Origin: Candidatus Omnitrophota bacterium
GTDB taxonomy: Bacteria; Omnitrophota; Gorgyraeia; B26-G9
NCBI GenBank assembly: GCA_043805415.1
Contig: JAZDHZ010000033.1
Location: 25,600-89,599, forward strand
Length of the DNA stretch: 64,000 nt
Reading direction: 5' to 3'
The position numbers and the translations under genes are program-made. Shown one piece after another: positions 28,370 to 37,893 of this stretch. The notes under the pieces are model-generated. The model ran no database searches, was not told where the DNA came from, and saw only the letters and a list, made by a program, of their open reading frames with translations. Every line of letters begins with the position of its first letter. Positions within the stretch are counted from its first letter, which is position 1.

Positions 28370-29836
28370 ATGATTTTTGGAAAAGAAAGAATCATTTATC
28401 CTTACGCGCGTAACCTATTGTTTTTGTTGGCGTTGCTAGCTTCGTTATATATAATAGGGGTTATTGTAGTGAATGATTATCAGATTATTGTGCCAGTAAC
28501 TTGGCTGATTTTTATGGGTTTATTTTCTATTTACAAATATACAAATAAAAATAGAAGGTACTATACTCCGATAATTTTGACTATTTTTTATTTTTTTGGG
28601 TATTTGCTTTCCTTAGCAAATACCCTTATGAACAAAAGCAATCTGCGCGCTATTGGATTTAAAGCAATAGGTTCTTTTGGTTTTTCATTTTGGGAATATC
28701 TTTCGCTCACTTTTATTATTAGTACGGGTATGCTTGGTATTTTGTGTTCCGTGGTATTTATGGAAAAATTTAAAAACTCATGCCGATCTTTGTTTAGGTA
28801 TTTTAATCCTAATAAAAAGCAAATTATTAGGATTAATTATGTAATAATTAGTTTATTGATATGGTTTTTAATTTCAACAGCAATTTTTTTATATATGAAC
28901 AAAATTGGAATAGGAAGAACAGGGTTAAAACCGGAAACCCTTTTACCTTTTAAATTAGTGGGCATATTATTCTATGTAAAATTGATATTGATTCCTTGTT
29001 TAGGCTGTTTTTTGTTTGGGGTAATATTGGAAACAAACAATAAAATACTTATAAATCTGTCAATAATATTACTTATTCTTTTGGGTATAATAGGGTCTAT
29101 TTCGGGAATAAGCAGGGGTAGTTTAATCTTTAGTGTCTTACCCTCATTTATCTATATGTTATTTAAAAGTCATAAAAATGATTTTAAACGAAAAATACTG
29201 AAATCATATTCAATAATAGCAATACTTTTACTTATGATATTGATTCCGCTGGTGCTAGGCATGAGAAATATAGGGTATGCTGGTGGAAAAATAGATTTTA
29301 GCACGGCCATTAATATTTTAAAGTCTTTTAAGGTAGCTGATTTGCCTGGCGCAGCAGGATCGCTTATTTCGTTGATATTAGATAGAGTCATGGGAATAAA
29401 TGAATTGTATGCTGTTTTTAGCTCAGGAATTAAAGACTTGTATGCGCCATGGGCTCTTTTTATCACTGATGGCGCTTACTTGGAAAAAATCATAAAAGCT
29501 GTTTTTGGATTTGTCCCCTCTAATGAAGGGAATTTAGCTTTTGGGGTTGGTTTTGGTTTATGGGGAGTTTTGCAGTTAAGTGGAAGCTATAGTGTAATTT
29601 TTCTAGGTACCTTCGTGGCATGTAGTTTATCAATGGCTATAGAAGAGATATTTATTCGCAATGGGATGTATTATGTAGCTTGTTTTTTCGCGATCAATTT
29701 TGGCATGCTAGTATGGGAGGGATTGTATGTTTCAAGGTTAAGCCGTACTTTATTAATGATATTTATTTGTTTAATTATAACAGTAAGTTTGAAGAAGTTA
29801 TTTTATAGACGTATAACATGTGAAACGAGTTTGTAG
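28370..29836 (+). CDS. Polytopic membrane protein, possible Wzy-type repeat-unit polymerase
   Basis: 488 aa with about 12 TM. It has no Wzy_C motif, and the call rests on context only. Confidence 0.3.
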   Translation: MIFGKERIIYPYARNLLFLLALLASLYIIGVIVVNDYQIIVPVTWLIFMGLFSIYKYTNKNRRYYTPIILTIFYFFGYLLSLANTLMNKSNLRAIGFKAIGSFGFSFWEYLSLTFIISTGMLGILCSVVFMEKFKNSCRSLFRYFNPNKKQIIRINYVIISLLIWFLISTAIFLYMNKIGIGRTGLKPETLLPFKLVGILFYVKLILIPCLGCFLFGVILETNNKILINLSIILLILLGIIGSISGISRGSLIFSVLPSFIYMLFKSHKNDFKRKILKSYSIIAILLLMILIPLVLGMRNIGYAGGKIDFSTAINILKSFKVADLPGAAGSLISLILDRVMGINELYAVFSSGIKDLYAPWALFITDGAYLEKIIKAVFGFVPSNEGNLAFGVGFGLWGVLQLSGSYSVIFLGTFVACSLSMAIEEIFIRNGMYYVACFFAINFGMLVWEGLYVSRLSRTLLMIFICLIITVSLKKLFYRRITCETSL

Positions 29837-29930
29837 ATTATAGTATCTGGTAAATTGTAATATTATTTTTGAGAATTATTAACAGAGTAGGTGTTTTTAC
29901 CCTGCAATCTATTTATAAGTTAGGTTTTGT

Positions 29931-30806
29931 ATGAGTAAAGTGATTGTTCGGATTAAAGGTGGTCTTGGGAATCAACTTTTTTGCTACACAGCGGCGCGGC
30001 GTTTGTCATTAGTCAATAATGCGGAATTGGTTATTGATAATGTGACTGGATTTGCGCGTGATTATCTATATCGGCGGCAGTATGCATTGGATTGTTTTAA
30101 TATTAATGCCCGCAAAGCAACGCCTGCTGAACGGATGGAGCCGTTTGAGCGTTATCGTCGAGGAATAGCGAAATTTGTGGCAAAACAACTTCCTTTTCAA
30201 AAAAGACATTATCTTGAGCAGGAAGGTCTGGATTTTGATCAAAGGTTGATTGATTATCGTTTAAAGAATGGGACGCTTTATTTAGATGGGCTTTGGCAGA
30301 GTGAGAATTATTTTAAAGATGAGAAAGAGATTATATTACAGGATCTGAAAATTAATCCCCCTAAAGATAAAGATAACCTGAGCATGTCTGAGCGTATTTT
30401 GGCTAGAAATGCAGTTGCGGTACATGTGAGATTTTTTGATAGTTCAGCTGATATTGAAATCGATTATTATAAACATGCTATTAAAGAGTTGTTAAAGGAG
30501 GTTGCAAACCCTCATTTTTTTCTTTTTTCAGACAAACCTGACGCGGCTCAACAGAAGATAGGACTTCAGAAAGATCAAGTTACTTGCGTTAATCATAATG
30601 GAGAAGAAGTTAATGCGTATGCTGATTTATGGCTTATGGCTCAGTGCAAGCATTGCATAATCGCTAATAGCACTTTTAGTTGGTGGGGGGCATGGTTGAT
30701 GGAATCCATGAATCAGAAGCCTATTATTATCGCTCCTGATCGATTTCCGAGCAAAGATACTGTCCCAAATCGTTGGAGCCGTCTTAATTCTGGCGGGGAA
30801 ACTTAA
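29931..30806 (+). CDS. Alpha-1,2-fucosyltransferase (GT11)
   Basis: GGLGNQLFCYTAARRL matches the GT11 GGLGNQMFQYA signature, and the C-terminal NSTFSWW motif is present. GDP-fucose genes sit upstream. Confidence 0.8.
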   Translation: MSKVIVRIKGGLGNQLFCYTAARRLSLVNNAELVIDNVTGFARDYLYRRQYALDCFNINARKATPAERMEPFERYRRGIAKFVAKQLPFQKRHYLEQEGLDFDQRLIDYRLKNGTLYLDGLWQSENYFKDEKEIILQDLKINPPKDKDNLSMSERILARNAVAVHVRFFDSSADIEIDYYKHAIKELLKEVANPHFFLFSDKPDAAQQKIGLQKDQVTCVNHNGEEVNAYADLWLMAQCKHCIIANSTFSWWGAWLMESMNQKPIIIAPDRFPSKDTVPNRWSRLNSGGET

Positions 30807-30826
30807 GAGCAAAGGAAAGCTGCTAA

Positions 30827-31753
30827 ATGGGTTTATTAGAATATACAAAATGTCCGTTTTGCGAATCAGGCAAATATAAACAGTTATTTTCAGGAAAAGA
30901 TTTTCTTTTTTCTAAAGAAGAATTTTCAGTTGTAAAATGTCAAGATTGCGGATTGCGATATACTAATCCGCGGGTTAAACAAGATCAGATAAAAAGTTAT
31001 TATTATACTGGATACTCTTCATATGAAAGTCCTGATTTAGGACTTAATAAAAAAAATAAAAACGTATTATATCGTTTTTTTGGAAACATTCATTTTGAAG
31101 TATTGGAATTCATTAAATCAGTCAATGCCAGAACTGTATTAGAAATCGGGCCGGGGAACGGGAGTTTGCTTTATTTTTTAAAAGATCAAGGTTTTGATGT
31201 TTGCGGGGTTGAATTGGATAGTAGTTCTGCCCAAAAGATCATGGAGCATGGTGTCAAGTGTTATTCAGGAGATTTAAATTCTGTTATAAGTGAGATGAGT
31301 GGGAAAAAGTTTGACATTGTAATCCTATGTCAGGCATTTGAACATTTATATAACCCTAAAATGACACTAACTAATATACATAAAATTCTGAATGATAATG
31401 GGGCTCTTTATCTGAGTTTGCCTAACAGCGGTTCAATGGAGGCAAGACTATTTGGAAAGTTTTGGCGGGGGTTTGATTTGCCTCGGCACATTGTACATTA
31501 TGATAAAAAAACGATTAAATCAATGCTAAATAAATCAGGATTTAGTGTTATTGCCCAGTACAATCAAAATTTCCCATCGTCTTTTGTGGAGAGTCTTGGT
31601 TTTTGCTTATTCAGGAAAAGAAAGATATCTACTAAATTGTATTATTTTTTATACTATTTATGGAAATTGATTAGTCCGATTCATTTAAGGCTAATTGGTT
31701 CAGGGGTTATGACAGTAATATCAGTTAATCAAAAGGGTTGTGAAAGAAAATGA
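30827..31753 (+). CDS. Class I SAM-dependent methyltransferase with N-terminal zinc-ribbon (paralogue of 21448 and 60952)
   Basis: CPFCES...CQDCGLRY zinc ribbon, VLEIGPGNG motif, and C-terminal LPN...W...DLPRHIVHYD. Confidence 0.75.
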   Translation: MGLLEYTKCPFCESGKYKQLFSGKDFLFSKEEFSVVKCQDCGLRYTNPRVKQDQIKSYYYTGYSSYESPDLGLNKKNKNVLYRFFGNIHFEVLEFIKSVNARTVLEIGPGNGSLLYFLKDQGFDVCGVELDSSSAQKIMEHGVKCYSGDLNSVISEMSGKKFDIVILCQAFEHLYNPKMTLTNIHKILNDNGALYLSLPNSGSMEARLFGKFWRGFDLPRHIVHYDKKTIKSMLNKSGFSVIAQYNQNFPSSFVESLGFCLFRKRKISTKLYYFLYYLWKLISPIHLRLIGSGVMTVISVNQKGCERK

Positions 31754-33114
31754 AGATCTTGTTTGTGAATGCAATAGACATTTCTAAAGGGATAGAGACG
31801 GCTTATCCTCCGTTGGGACTAGCATATTTATCCGCTATTTTGAAAAATAATTTTAAGGATATTCAGATTAAAATTATTGACCGTGATGTTGAGCCAGTAA
31901 TTAAATCTTTTTGTCCTGATGCAGTAGGGGTTTCATCGGTTTCCCAAAATTATGGGAGAGCTATTGAAGTGGGGAGATTGTGTAAATCATTGCAAATCCC
32001 CGTGTTTATCGGCGGGGTGCATATCACGTTACTTCCGGAATCTTTGTCAGCGGAATTTGATTTCGGGGTGTATGGAGAGGCTGAAGAGACAATTATTGAT
32101 ATTATTAAGTATTTTAAAAAAAGTATCCCATTAGATTGCATAGGATTGGCTGATATTAAAGGGCTTATTCTACATGCGCAGGATGGAGTAAAATTAACTG
32201 CCCCAAGACCTCTTATTGAGAATCTTAATTCGATCCCTTTTCCAGCTAGAGATTTATTGAGTATTCCCATAGGACAGAGTACATATATGTTTACTTCCAG
32301 AGGATGTCCTTATAAATGTGCTTTTTGTGCTTCTACGAGATTCTGGAATAATGTTAGATGGTTCTCGGCTGAATATGTTGTGAATGAAATAGAAGAAATA
32401 ATAAGGAAATATAAGCCGTTTGCCATATCTTTTTATGATGACCTTTTTATTGCCAATACCAAGAGACTTGAGAAAATCATTGACCTACTGTGTGCTAAAG
32501 GTATAAATAAAAAAGTTAAATTTAGTTTTGCTTGTCGGGCTAATCTTGTTAATGAGAAATTGATTAAAATTTTAAAACCTTTGGATATTCAGATGATTTG
32601 TATGGGATTGGAATCCGGTTGTCAAAAGACATTGAGCTATTTGAAGGGAAGTGCAATTACGATTGAGCAAAATAAAAAAGCCATAAATATTTTCGCAGAT
32701 GCTAAGATCAATATTCAGGCCACGTTCATTATTGGGTCTCCTGAAGAAACTGAGGACGAAATATTGCAGACATTGCAGTTTATTAAGGACAGTAAACTTA
32801 CCAATTTTGAGGTGTACCTGCTGAGCCCTTTTCCCGGGACTCCGGTTTGGGAAACTGCTAAATCAATGGGATTGGTTTCCAATCAAATGGATTGGGCAAA
32901 ATTAGCAGTAGATTCTCAAAATTGCTTTGACAACAGGATAATACTGTCTAAGATAAGTAAGACCAGGCTTTCTGAGTTATACGGACTTTTTTCTCATGAA
33001 AAGAAAAGAAGGAAAATACTTTATATACTTAAAATGGGAATTTGTAATCCATTATGGGTGCTAACAAAAGCACGCGCTGTTATTTTAAATGTTTTACAAG
33101 GTAAAGATAGTTAA
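31750..33114 (+). CDS. B12-binding radical SAM enzyme (class B radical SAM methyltransferase candidate)
   Basis: N-terminal cobalamin-binding-like Rossmann region and SRGCPYKCAFCAS (CX3CX2C). Confidence 0.75.
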   Translation: MKILFVNAIDISKGIETAYPPLGLAYLSAILKNNFKDIQIKIIDRDVEPVIKSFCPDAVGVSSVSQNYGRAIEVGRLCKSLQIPVFIGGVHITLLPESLSAEFDFGVYGEAEETIIDIIKYFKKSIPLDCIGLADIKGLILHAQDGVKLTAPRPLIENLNSIPFPARDLLSIPIGQSTYMFTSRGCPYKCAFCASTRFWNNVRWFSAEYVVNEIEEIIRKYKPFAISFYDDLFIANTKRLEKIIDLLCAKGINKKVKFSFACRANLVNEKLIKILKPLDIQMICMGLESGCQKTLSYLKGSAITIEQNKKAINIFADAKINIQATFIIGSPEETEDEILQTLQFIKDSKLTNFEVYLLSPFPGTPVWETAKSMGLVSNQMDWAKLAVDSQNCFDNRIILSKISKTRLSELYGLFSHEKKRRKILYILKMGICNPLWVLTKARAVILNVLQGKDS

Positions 33115-33131
33115 TAATTATGAATTACAAA

Positions 33132-33160
33132 TTGAAATGCAATGTTCAGTATAGTATAAT
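33132..33160 (+). promoter_or_regulatory. Candidate sigma70 promoter TTGAAA-17-TATAAT
   Basis: TTGAAA at 33132-33137, a 17 nt spacer and TATAAT at 33155-33160, in the 142 bp gap before the 33257 gene. Confidence 0.5.
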
Positions 33161-33256
33161 GATGTTAATTCTTTTGGCCCAAGGGAATAGGAACATTAAT
33201 GAACTGGAAATAAATCAGTTGTGCAATGTATAACCTGTAAATAAGAGTAGGTAATA

Positions 33257-34267
33257 ATGAAAGTATTGATTTATGGAGAAGCTTATGGATATGCTTTAGC
33301 TCCTCAAATAAAAAGATCGTTTGTGCAATTAGGTTGTGATGCCGAAATTTTTAATTGGACAATGTATCTCTATACTGAGAGAGGAATTAACTTAAAAAAT
33401 CGAGTCTTCAATAGAATTATGCTAAAGTCAATTGCTGCGAAGATAAACCGCGATTTTATAAATGTTGTAAAAAAAAATAAATATGATCTTGTTCTAGTCA
33501 ATAATGGGTGGCATCTTACTGGAGATACCATTGATGCTGTTAAGAAATATGCAAAAAAAGTCGTGAATTGGAGTACTGATGAGCTTTTTAATAAGGTATT
33601 TGCTCGATTTATTCACGTTGAATCTTATTCGAAGTATGATTGTATCTTTTCGCAAAGGAAACATCTCTTTGATTCCTATCTCACTAAGGGTATAAAAAGG
33701 GTTGAGTTTTTGCCTTTATTTTATTATCCAGAACATCATCCTGTTGTTGTTTCGGAAAAAGATAAACTTTTATGGGGTAGCGATATAGCCTTCATGGGAA
33801 CATGGAACAAAGAGAGAGAAAAAATTATTGAGGCTTTAACTGGGTATAATGTTAAAATTTGGGGTGCCCAATGGAACAGGAGTAAACCAAGTTTTAAGAA
33901 GAAGTTTGAAATTACTAATAAAATCGCATGGTTAGAAGATATGTCAAAAGTTGTGAGTTCTACCAAAATAATTGTTGATAATCTAACTAAGGGGCAAACT
34001 GATAAAGTAAATATGAAGAATTATCAGATACCTGCTTGCGGTGGAGTTCTTTTAACTCAAAGGACTGATGTTATACAGGAATTATTTGAAGAGAACAAAG
34101 AAGTTATTTGCTATGATTCGCTTGAGGAATTGAGGGAAAAATGCGAGTATTATTTGAAGAATGAAGCCGCAAGAAACTCAATAGCGGTTAATGGATATAA
34201 AAAAGTTGTAAGTGCTCCTAACACAATATTAGATAGAATTAAAGATATATTACAGGTCTGCAGCTGA
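33257..34267 (+). CDS. CgeB-like/DUF3880 glycosyltransferase-family protein
   Basis: N-terminal DUF3880-like region and a C-terminal GT1-like segment (YQIPACGGVLLTQ...). Confidence 0.45.
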   Translation: MKVLIYGEAYGYALAPQIKRSFVQLGCDAEIFNWTMYLYTERGINLKNRVFNRIMLKSIAAKINRDFINVVKKNKYDLVLVNNGWHLTGDTIDAVKKYAKKVVNWSTDELFNKVFARFIHVESYSKYDCIFSQRKHLFDSYLTKGIKRVEFLPLFYYPEHHPVVVSEKDKLLWGSDIAFMGTWNKEREKIIEALTGYNVKIWGAQWNRSKPSFKKKFEITNKIAWLEDMSKVVSSTKIIVDNLTKGQTDKVNMKNYQIPACGGVLLTQRTDVIQELFEENKEVICYDSLEELREKCEYYLKNEAARNSIAVNGYKKVVSAPNTILDRIKDILQVCS

Positions 34268-34297
34268 TAGTTTGAAAGAAAGTAAGGGAGTGATAAT

Positions 34298-35239
34298 ATG
34301 AAATCAAAACTGATTTTTGTTACGGGTGGACTAGGTTTTATCGGAAAACATTTTGTTCAACGTTGTTTGGATATAGGGCATTTTATAACCAACGTTGATA
34401 TGGTCAATTATGCTGCTGACCGGATAGCGAATGATAAGTTTAAGAATCATAAAAATTATAGACATATTCAGGAGGACATTGCTAATCTGAGTCATCTTCC
34501 TGAGAGTGATTTTTTGGTGAATTTTGCTGCGGAATCACATGTGGATAATTCTATCGCCAATAATCGGCAGTTTTGTCATTCTAATATTATTGGTGTTCAA
34601 CGTTTACTTGAATTGACAAGAGCAAAAACTGCTTCCGGGTCACCACATTTTATCCAAATAAGCACTGATGAGGTTTATGGCGATATTATGAATGGAAGAC
34701 ATAGCGAATCAGATCCGCTACGGCCTTCGAATCCTTACTCGGCAACTAAGGCCGCAGCCGATATGCTTGTAATCGGATGGGCGCGGACATATGGAGTTAG
34801 GTATAATATTGTCAGAATGACGAATAATTATGGACCGAATCAATATCCGGAGAAGCTTATTCCAAAATCGGCATGGCGAATGCATCGGGGCTTGCCTGCG
34901 TTGATTCAAGGCGATGGTAGCTATATCCGGTCTTGGTTACATGTTAATGATTCAGTAGAAGCTATTTTAACTATAATCGAGAAAGGGAAATCTAATGTAA
35001 TTTATAATGTACATAGTGACTACGAATTGTCAAATCTTGAAGTGGTTAATAAAATCGCTGCCATTCTTGGAGTATCAAAGAAAGATGCATACATTCATAT
35101 TCCTAACAGGGTAGGGCAGGATGTTCGCTATAGTCTTGACGATACGCTCATTCGAGAGTTGGGATGGAAACCGTTGCGCGATTTTGATACAGAGATTAAG
35201 AAGATCGTCGAAGAAGACGATTTCAAGCGGTTTATTTAG
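34298..35239 (+). CDS. rfbB: dTDP-glucose 4,6-dehydratase-like NDP-sugar dehydratase
   Basis: VTGGLGFIGKHF...FAAESHVDNSI...ISTDEVYGD...NNYGPNQYPEKLIP matches RmlB/RfbB catalytic and NAD motifs. Confidence 0.85.
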   Translation: MKSKLIFVTGGLGFIGKHFVQRCLDIGHFITNVDMVNYAADRIANDKFKNHKNYRHIQEDIANLSHLPESDFLVNFAAESHVDNSIANNRQFCHSNIIGVQRLLELTRAKTASGSPHFIQISTDEVYGDIMNGRHSESDPLRPSNPYSATKAAADMLVIGWARTYGVRYNIVRMTNNYGPNQYPEKLIPKSAWRMHRGLPALIQGDGSYIRSWLHVNDSVEAILTIIEKGKSNVIYNVHSDYELSNLEVVNKIAAILGVSKKDAYIHIPNRVGQDVRYSLDDTLIRELGWKPLRDFDTEIKKIVEEDDFKRFI

Positions 35240-35303
35240 GTTTTTTTGCACTAGTTTAATTAACTATTAACGTAATATTCAATTATTTTCGGAGGGAAAA
35301 AGC

Positions 35304-35705
35304 ATGAAGAAAGATAGTTTAGTGAATGGGGCCATTGTCCCTTTGGATAAACCATTTAAAGATGCAAGGGGGGATATCCAGACGTTGGTTGTTGGCGGTA
35401 TACAGAGTGTTCAGATTATTACATCAAAGGCGAATACAGTTAGGGCTAATCATTATCATAAAACTGATTCCCATTACATGTATTTAATTAAGGGAGTAAT
35501 GAAATATTTCCACAGACCTGCTGGTGATAAAACCGAACCAGCATGTTTTATTATTAAACCAGGGCAGATGGTTTTTACTCCTCCCATGGTAGAACATGCT
35601 GTAGAATTCCTCGAAGACTCTGAATTTATTAATATAACTGGTAAGCCACGAGATCAAGGATCATACGAAGACGATCTTGTCCGTGTTGAACTCCACAAGC
35701 TTTAA
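35304..35705 (+). CDS. Cupin-fold NDP-4-keto-6-deoxyhexose 3,4-ketoisomerase-like (FdtA/QdtA/WxcM family)
   Basis: 133 aa cupin with ANHYHK...HY His cluster. Its size and context match FdtA-type isomerases. Confidence 0.55.
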   Translation: MKKDSLVNGAIVPLDKPFKDARGDIQTLVVGGIQSVQIITSKANTVRANHYHKTDSHYMYLIKGVMKYFHRPAGDKTEPACFIIKPGQMVFTPPMVEHAVEFLEDSEFINITGKPRDQGSYEDDLVRVELHKL

Positions 35706-35723
35706 ATAAAAAGGAATAGTATA

Positions 35724-36974
35724 ATGATGCTGCCTTATCATCACAAGCGAATGGATTGCCGCTTATGCTCTTCTAACGCGCTGGAACGGGTTTTAGAGCT
35801 TACTCCTACGCCTCCGGCTAATGCATTGGTTTCTGCCGCAGAAAAATATAAAGAGCAGACAGTTTATCCTTTAGATGTTTATAGGTGTGTAGACTGTGGT
35901 CATTTACAATTGCTTGACATTGTTGACCCTAAAATTTTGTTTTCTGATTACCCCTATGTGTCAAGTACTTCTCATGTAATGGTTGATTTTCTTAAAAGTC
36001 AATCTACGTCTATTATAAGCCGATTAAAACTTAAACCAGGAGATTTGGTGGTTGAATTTGGCTCCAATGACGGAACGTTGCTTCGTTTCTTTAAAGAGGC
36101 TGGGATGCGTGTTCTTGGAGTAGATCCTGCAGTTAATGTGGCTCCTGAGATAAATGATATTGAAAATATCCGCGATTTTTTTAGCGCAGAATTGGGCAAA
36201 AAGATACGTGAACAATATGGTCCAGCAAAAGCGATTTGTGCTTACAATGTTTGTGCTCATATTGATGACCTCCGTGGAGTTATTGAGGGAGTACGCTCAT
36301 TGTTAGCGCAGGATGGGCAGTTTGTTTTTGAAGTTGGTTACTTGCTAGATGTTTACCGCAAAACATTATTTGATACTATTTATCATGAGCATCTTGATTT
36401 TCACCATGTGGAATCATTAAAGAGATTCTTTTTTTCTAACGAGCTGAAACTTTTACATGTCGAGCATTCCGACATTCAGGGCGGAGCCTTAGTGGGTTAT
36501 GTGGGTGATTCAATTGGATTGGAAGATATCACAGTTGAGGAATTTATAAATAGGGAGCATGTTGAGGGTATTCATCTCGTAGATACTTTTTTACACTGGG
36601 GAGATATGATCAAGCAGACCGGAGAAAAACTAATGATGTTGTTGCTTGACCTTAAAGCAAAAGGCCAATCTATTGCTGCCTATGGAGCTACTGCGAAGGC
36701 AACGACACTGATGTATCACTTTGGCTTAAATAGCTCTGTTATTGATTATATTGTTGATGATAATCCTCTAAAACAGGGGTTGTTTAGTCCTGGATTGCAT
36801 ATCCCTATTTTATCTCCGGAAGTACTTTATCAAGAAAAACCTGACTATGTGTTGGTACTTGCTTGGAATTTTGCTGAGCCGATTATAGCTAAACACCGAT
36901 TTTATGCCGGAGATGATAGCCGATTTATTATACCGCTTCCAGTATTAACTGTTATTAAAAAAGGTAATGGGTAA
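35724..36974 (+). CDS. NDP-hexose C-methyltransferase (TylC3-like: zinc-ribbon + SAM MT + C-methyltransferase C-terminal domain)
   Basis: CRLCSS...CVDCGHLQ zinc ribbon, VVEFGSNDG motif I, and a roughly 150 aa C-terminal domain as in sugar C3-methyltransferases. Confidence 0.7.
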   Translation: MMLPYHHKRMDCRLCSSNALERVLELTPTPPANALVSAAEKYKEQTVYPLDVYRCVDCGHLQLLDIVDPKILFSDYPYVSSTSHVMVDFLKSQSTSIISRLKLKPGDLVVEFGSNDGTLLRFFKEAGMRVLGVDPAVNVAPEINDIENIRDFFSAELGKKIREQYGPAKAICAYNVCAHIDDLRGVIEGVRSLLAQDGQFVFEVGYLLDVYRKTLFDTIYHEHLDFHHVESLKRFFFSNELKLLHVEHSDIQGGALVGYVGDSIGLEDITVEEFINREHVEGIHLVDTFLHWGDMIKQTGEKLMMLLLDLKAKGQSIAAYGATAKATTLMYHFGLNSSVIDYIVDDNPLKQGLFSPGLHIPILSPEVLYQEKPDYVLVLAWNFAEPIIAKHRFYAGDDSRFIIPLPVLTVIKKGNG

Positions 36975-37891
36975 TGCGAATTGGTTTAATCGGTGCCGGC
37001 CGTTGGGGTAAACGTTATATTGAGACACTGAGCAGGATTCCTGGCATTGAACTTACTCACTTGGCTAGCAAAAATCCAGATAGCAGTTTACTTGTTTCCT
37101 CTGCTTGTAAAATAATTACACATTGGCAAGATCTTTTAAAAGAGCGTTTGGACGGTATTATAATAGCTACGCCACCACAAACCCATTTTGAAATAGCGTC
37201 AGCAGCGATAATAGCAGGAATCCCTATTTTAATAGAAAAGCCTATGACGCTTTCTCTATTGGAAGCGAGAAAGCTTGTTCAAGCAGCCACTGATTATGGT
37301 GTTTTAACAATGGTTGGGCATACTCATTTATTTAGTGCTGCTTTTAGGAAGCTTAAAATTATAAGTCAGCGAATGGGTAAATTAAAGCATATTATTTCTT
37401 TAGGAGGTAACTGGGGGCCGTTTAGAATTGATACTCCGCCGCTTTGGGATTGGGCGCCGCATGACATTGCAATGAGTCTTGAACTTACAGGTAACTATCC
37501 TTTACATATTGAGGCGAAACGTATTGAATTTATAGAACAGTCTCAGGGAATTGGAGAAACTGTTAATATTATGCTTAGTTTTGATTCCGGCTCCTACGCC
37601 GATATACAGGTAAGTAACATTCAGAAAAATAAAACAAGGTTTTTTGAGGCGGTGTATGAAAATGGGTCATTAGTTTATGATGATCTTGCTGATAATAAAC
37701 TTGTTCTCAGCGTTTCTTCAGAGGCAGTCCCTACACCTATTATTCTTGATAAATCTCTGTCGCTTACTAATCTTGTGTATGAGTTTTCTCACGCTATCTC
37801 TGCAGGCAATAGATATGACAGGAGTCTGCACCTTGGTTTGCAGGTGGTTGAAGTCCTTGATGAATGTCAAAGAAGGCTAACCGGGAAATAA
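36974..37891 (+). CDS. Gfo/Idh/MocA-family NAD(P)-dependent oxidoreductase (sugar ketoreductase/dehydrogenase candidate)
   Basis: MRIGLIGAGRWGKRYI Rossmann N-terminus and the EKPM motif typical of the family. Confidence 0.7.
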   Translation: MRIGLIGAGRWGKRYIETLSRIPGIELTHLASKNPDSSLLVSSACKIITHWQDLLKERLDGIIIATPPQTHFEIASAAIIAGIPILIEKPMTLSLLEARKLVQAATDYGVLTMVGHTHLFSAAFRKLKIISQRMGKLKHIISLGGNWGPFRIDTPPLWDWAPHDIAMSLELTGNYPLHIEAKRIEFIEQSQGIGETVNIMLSFDSGSYADIQVSNIQKNKTRFFEAVYENGSLVYDDLADNKLVLSVSSEAVPTPIILDKSLSLTNLVYEFSHAISAGNRYDRSLHLGLQVVEVLDECQRRLTGK

Positions 37892-37893
37892 TA

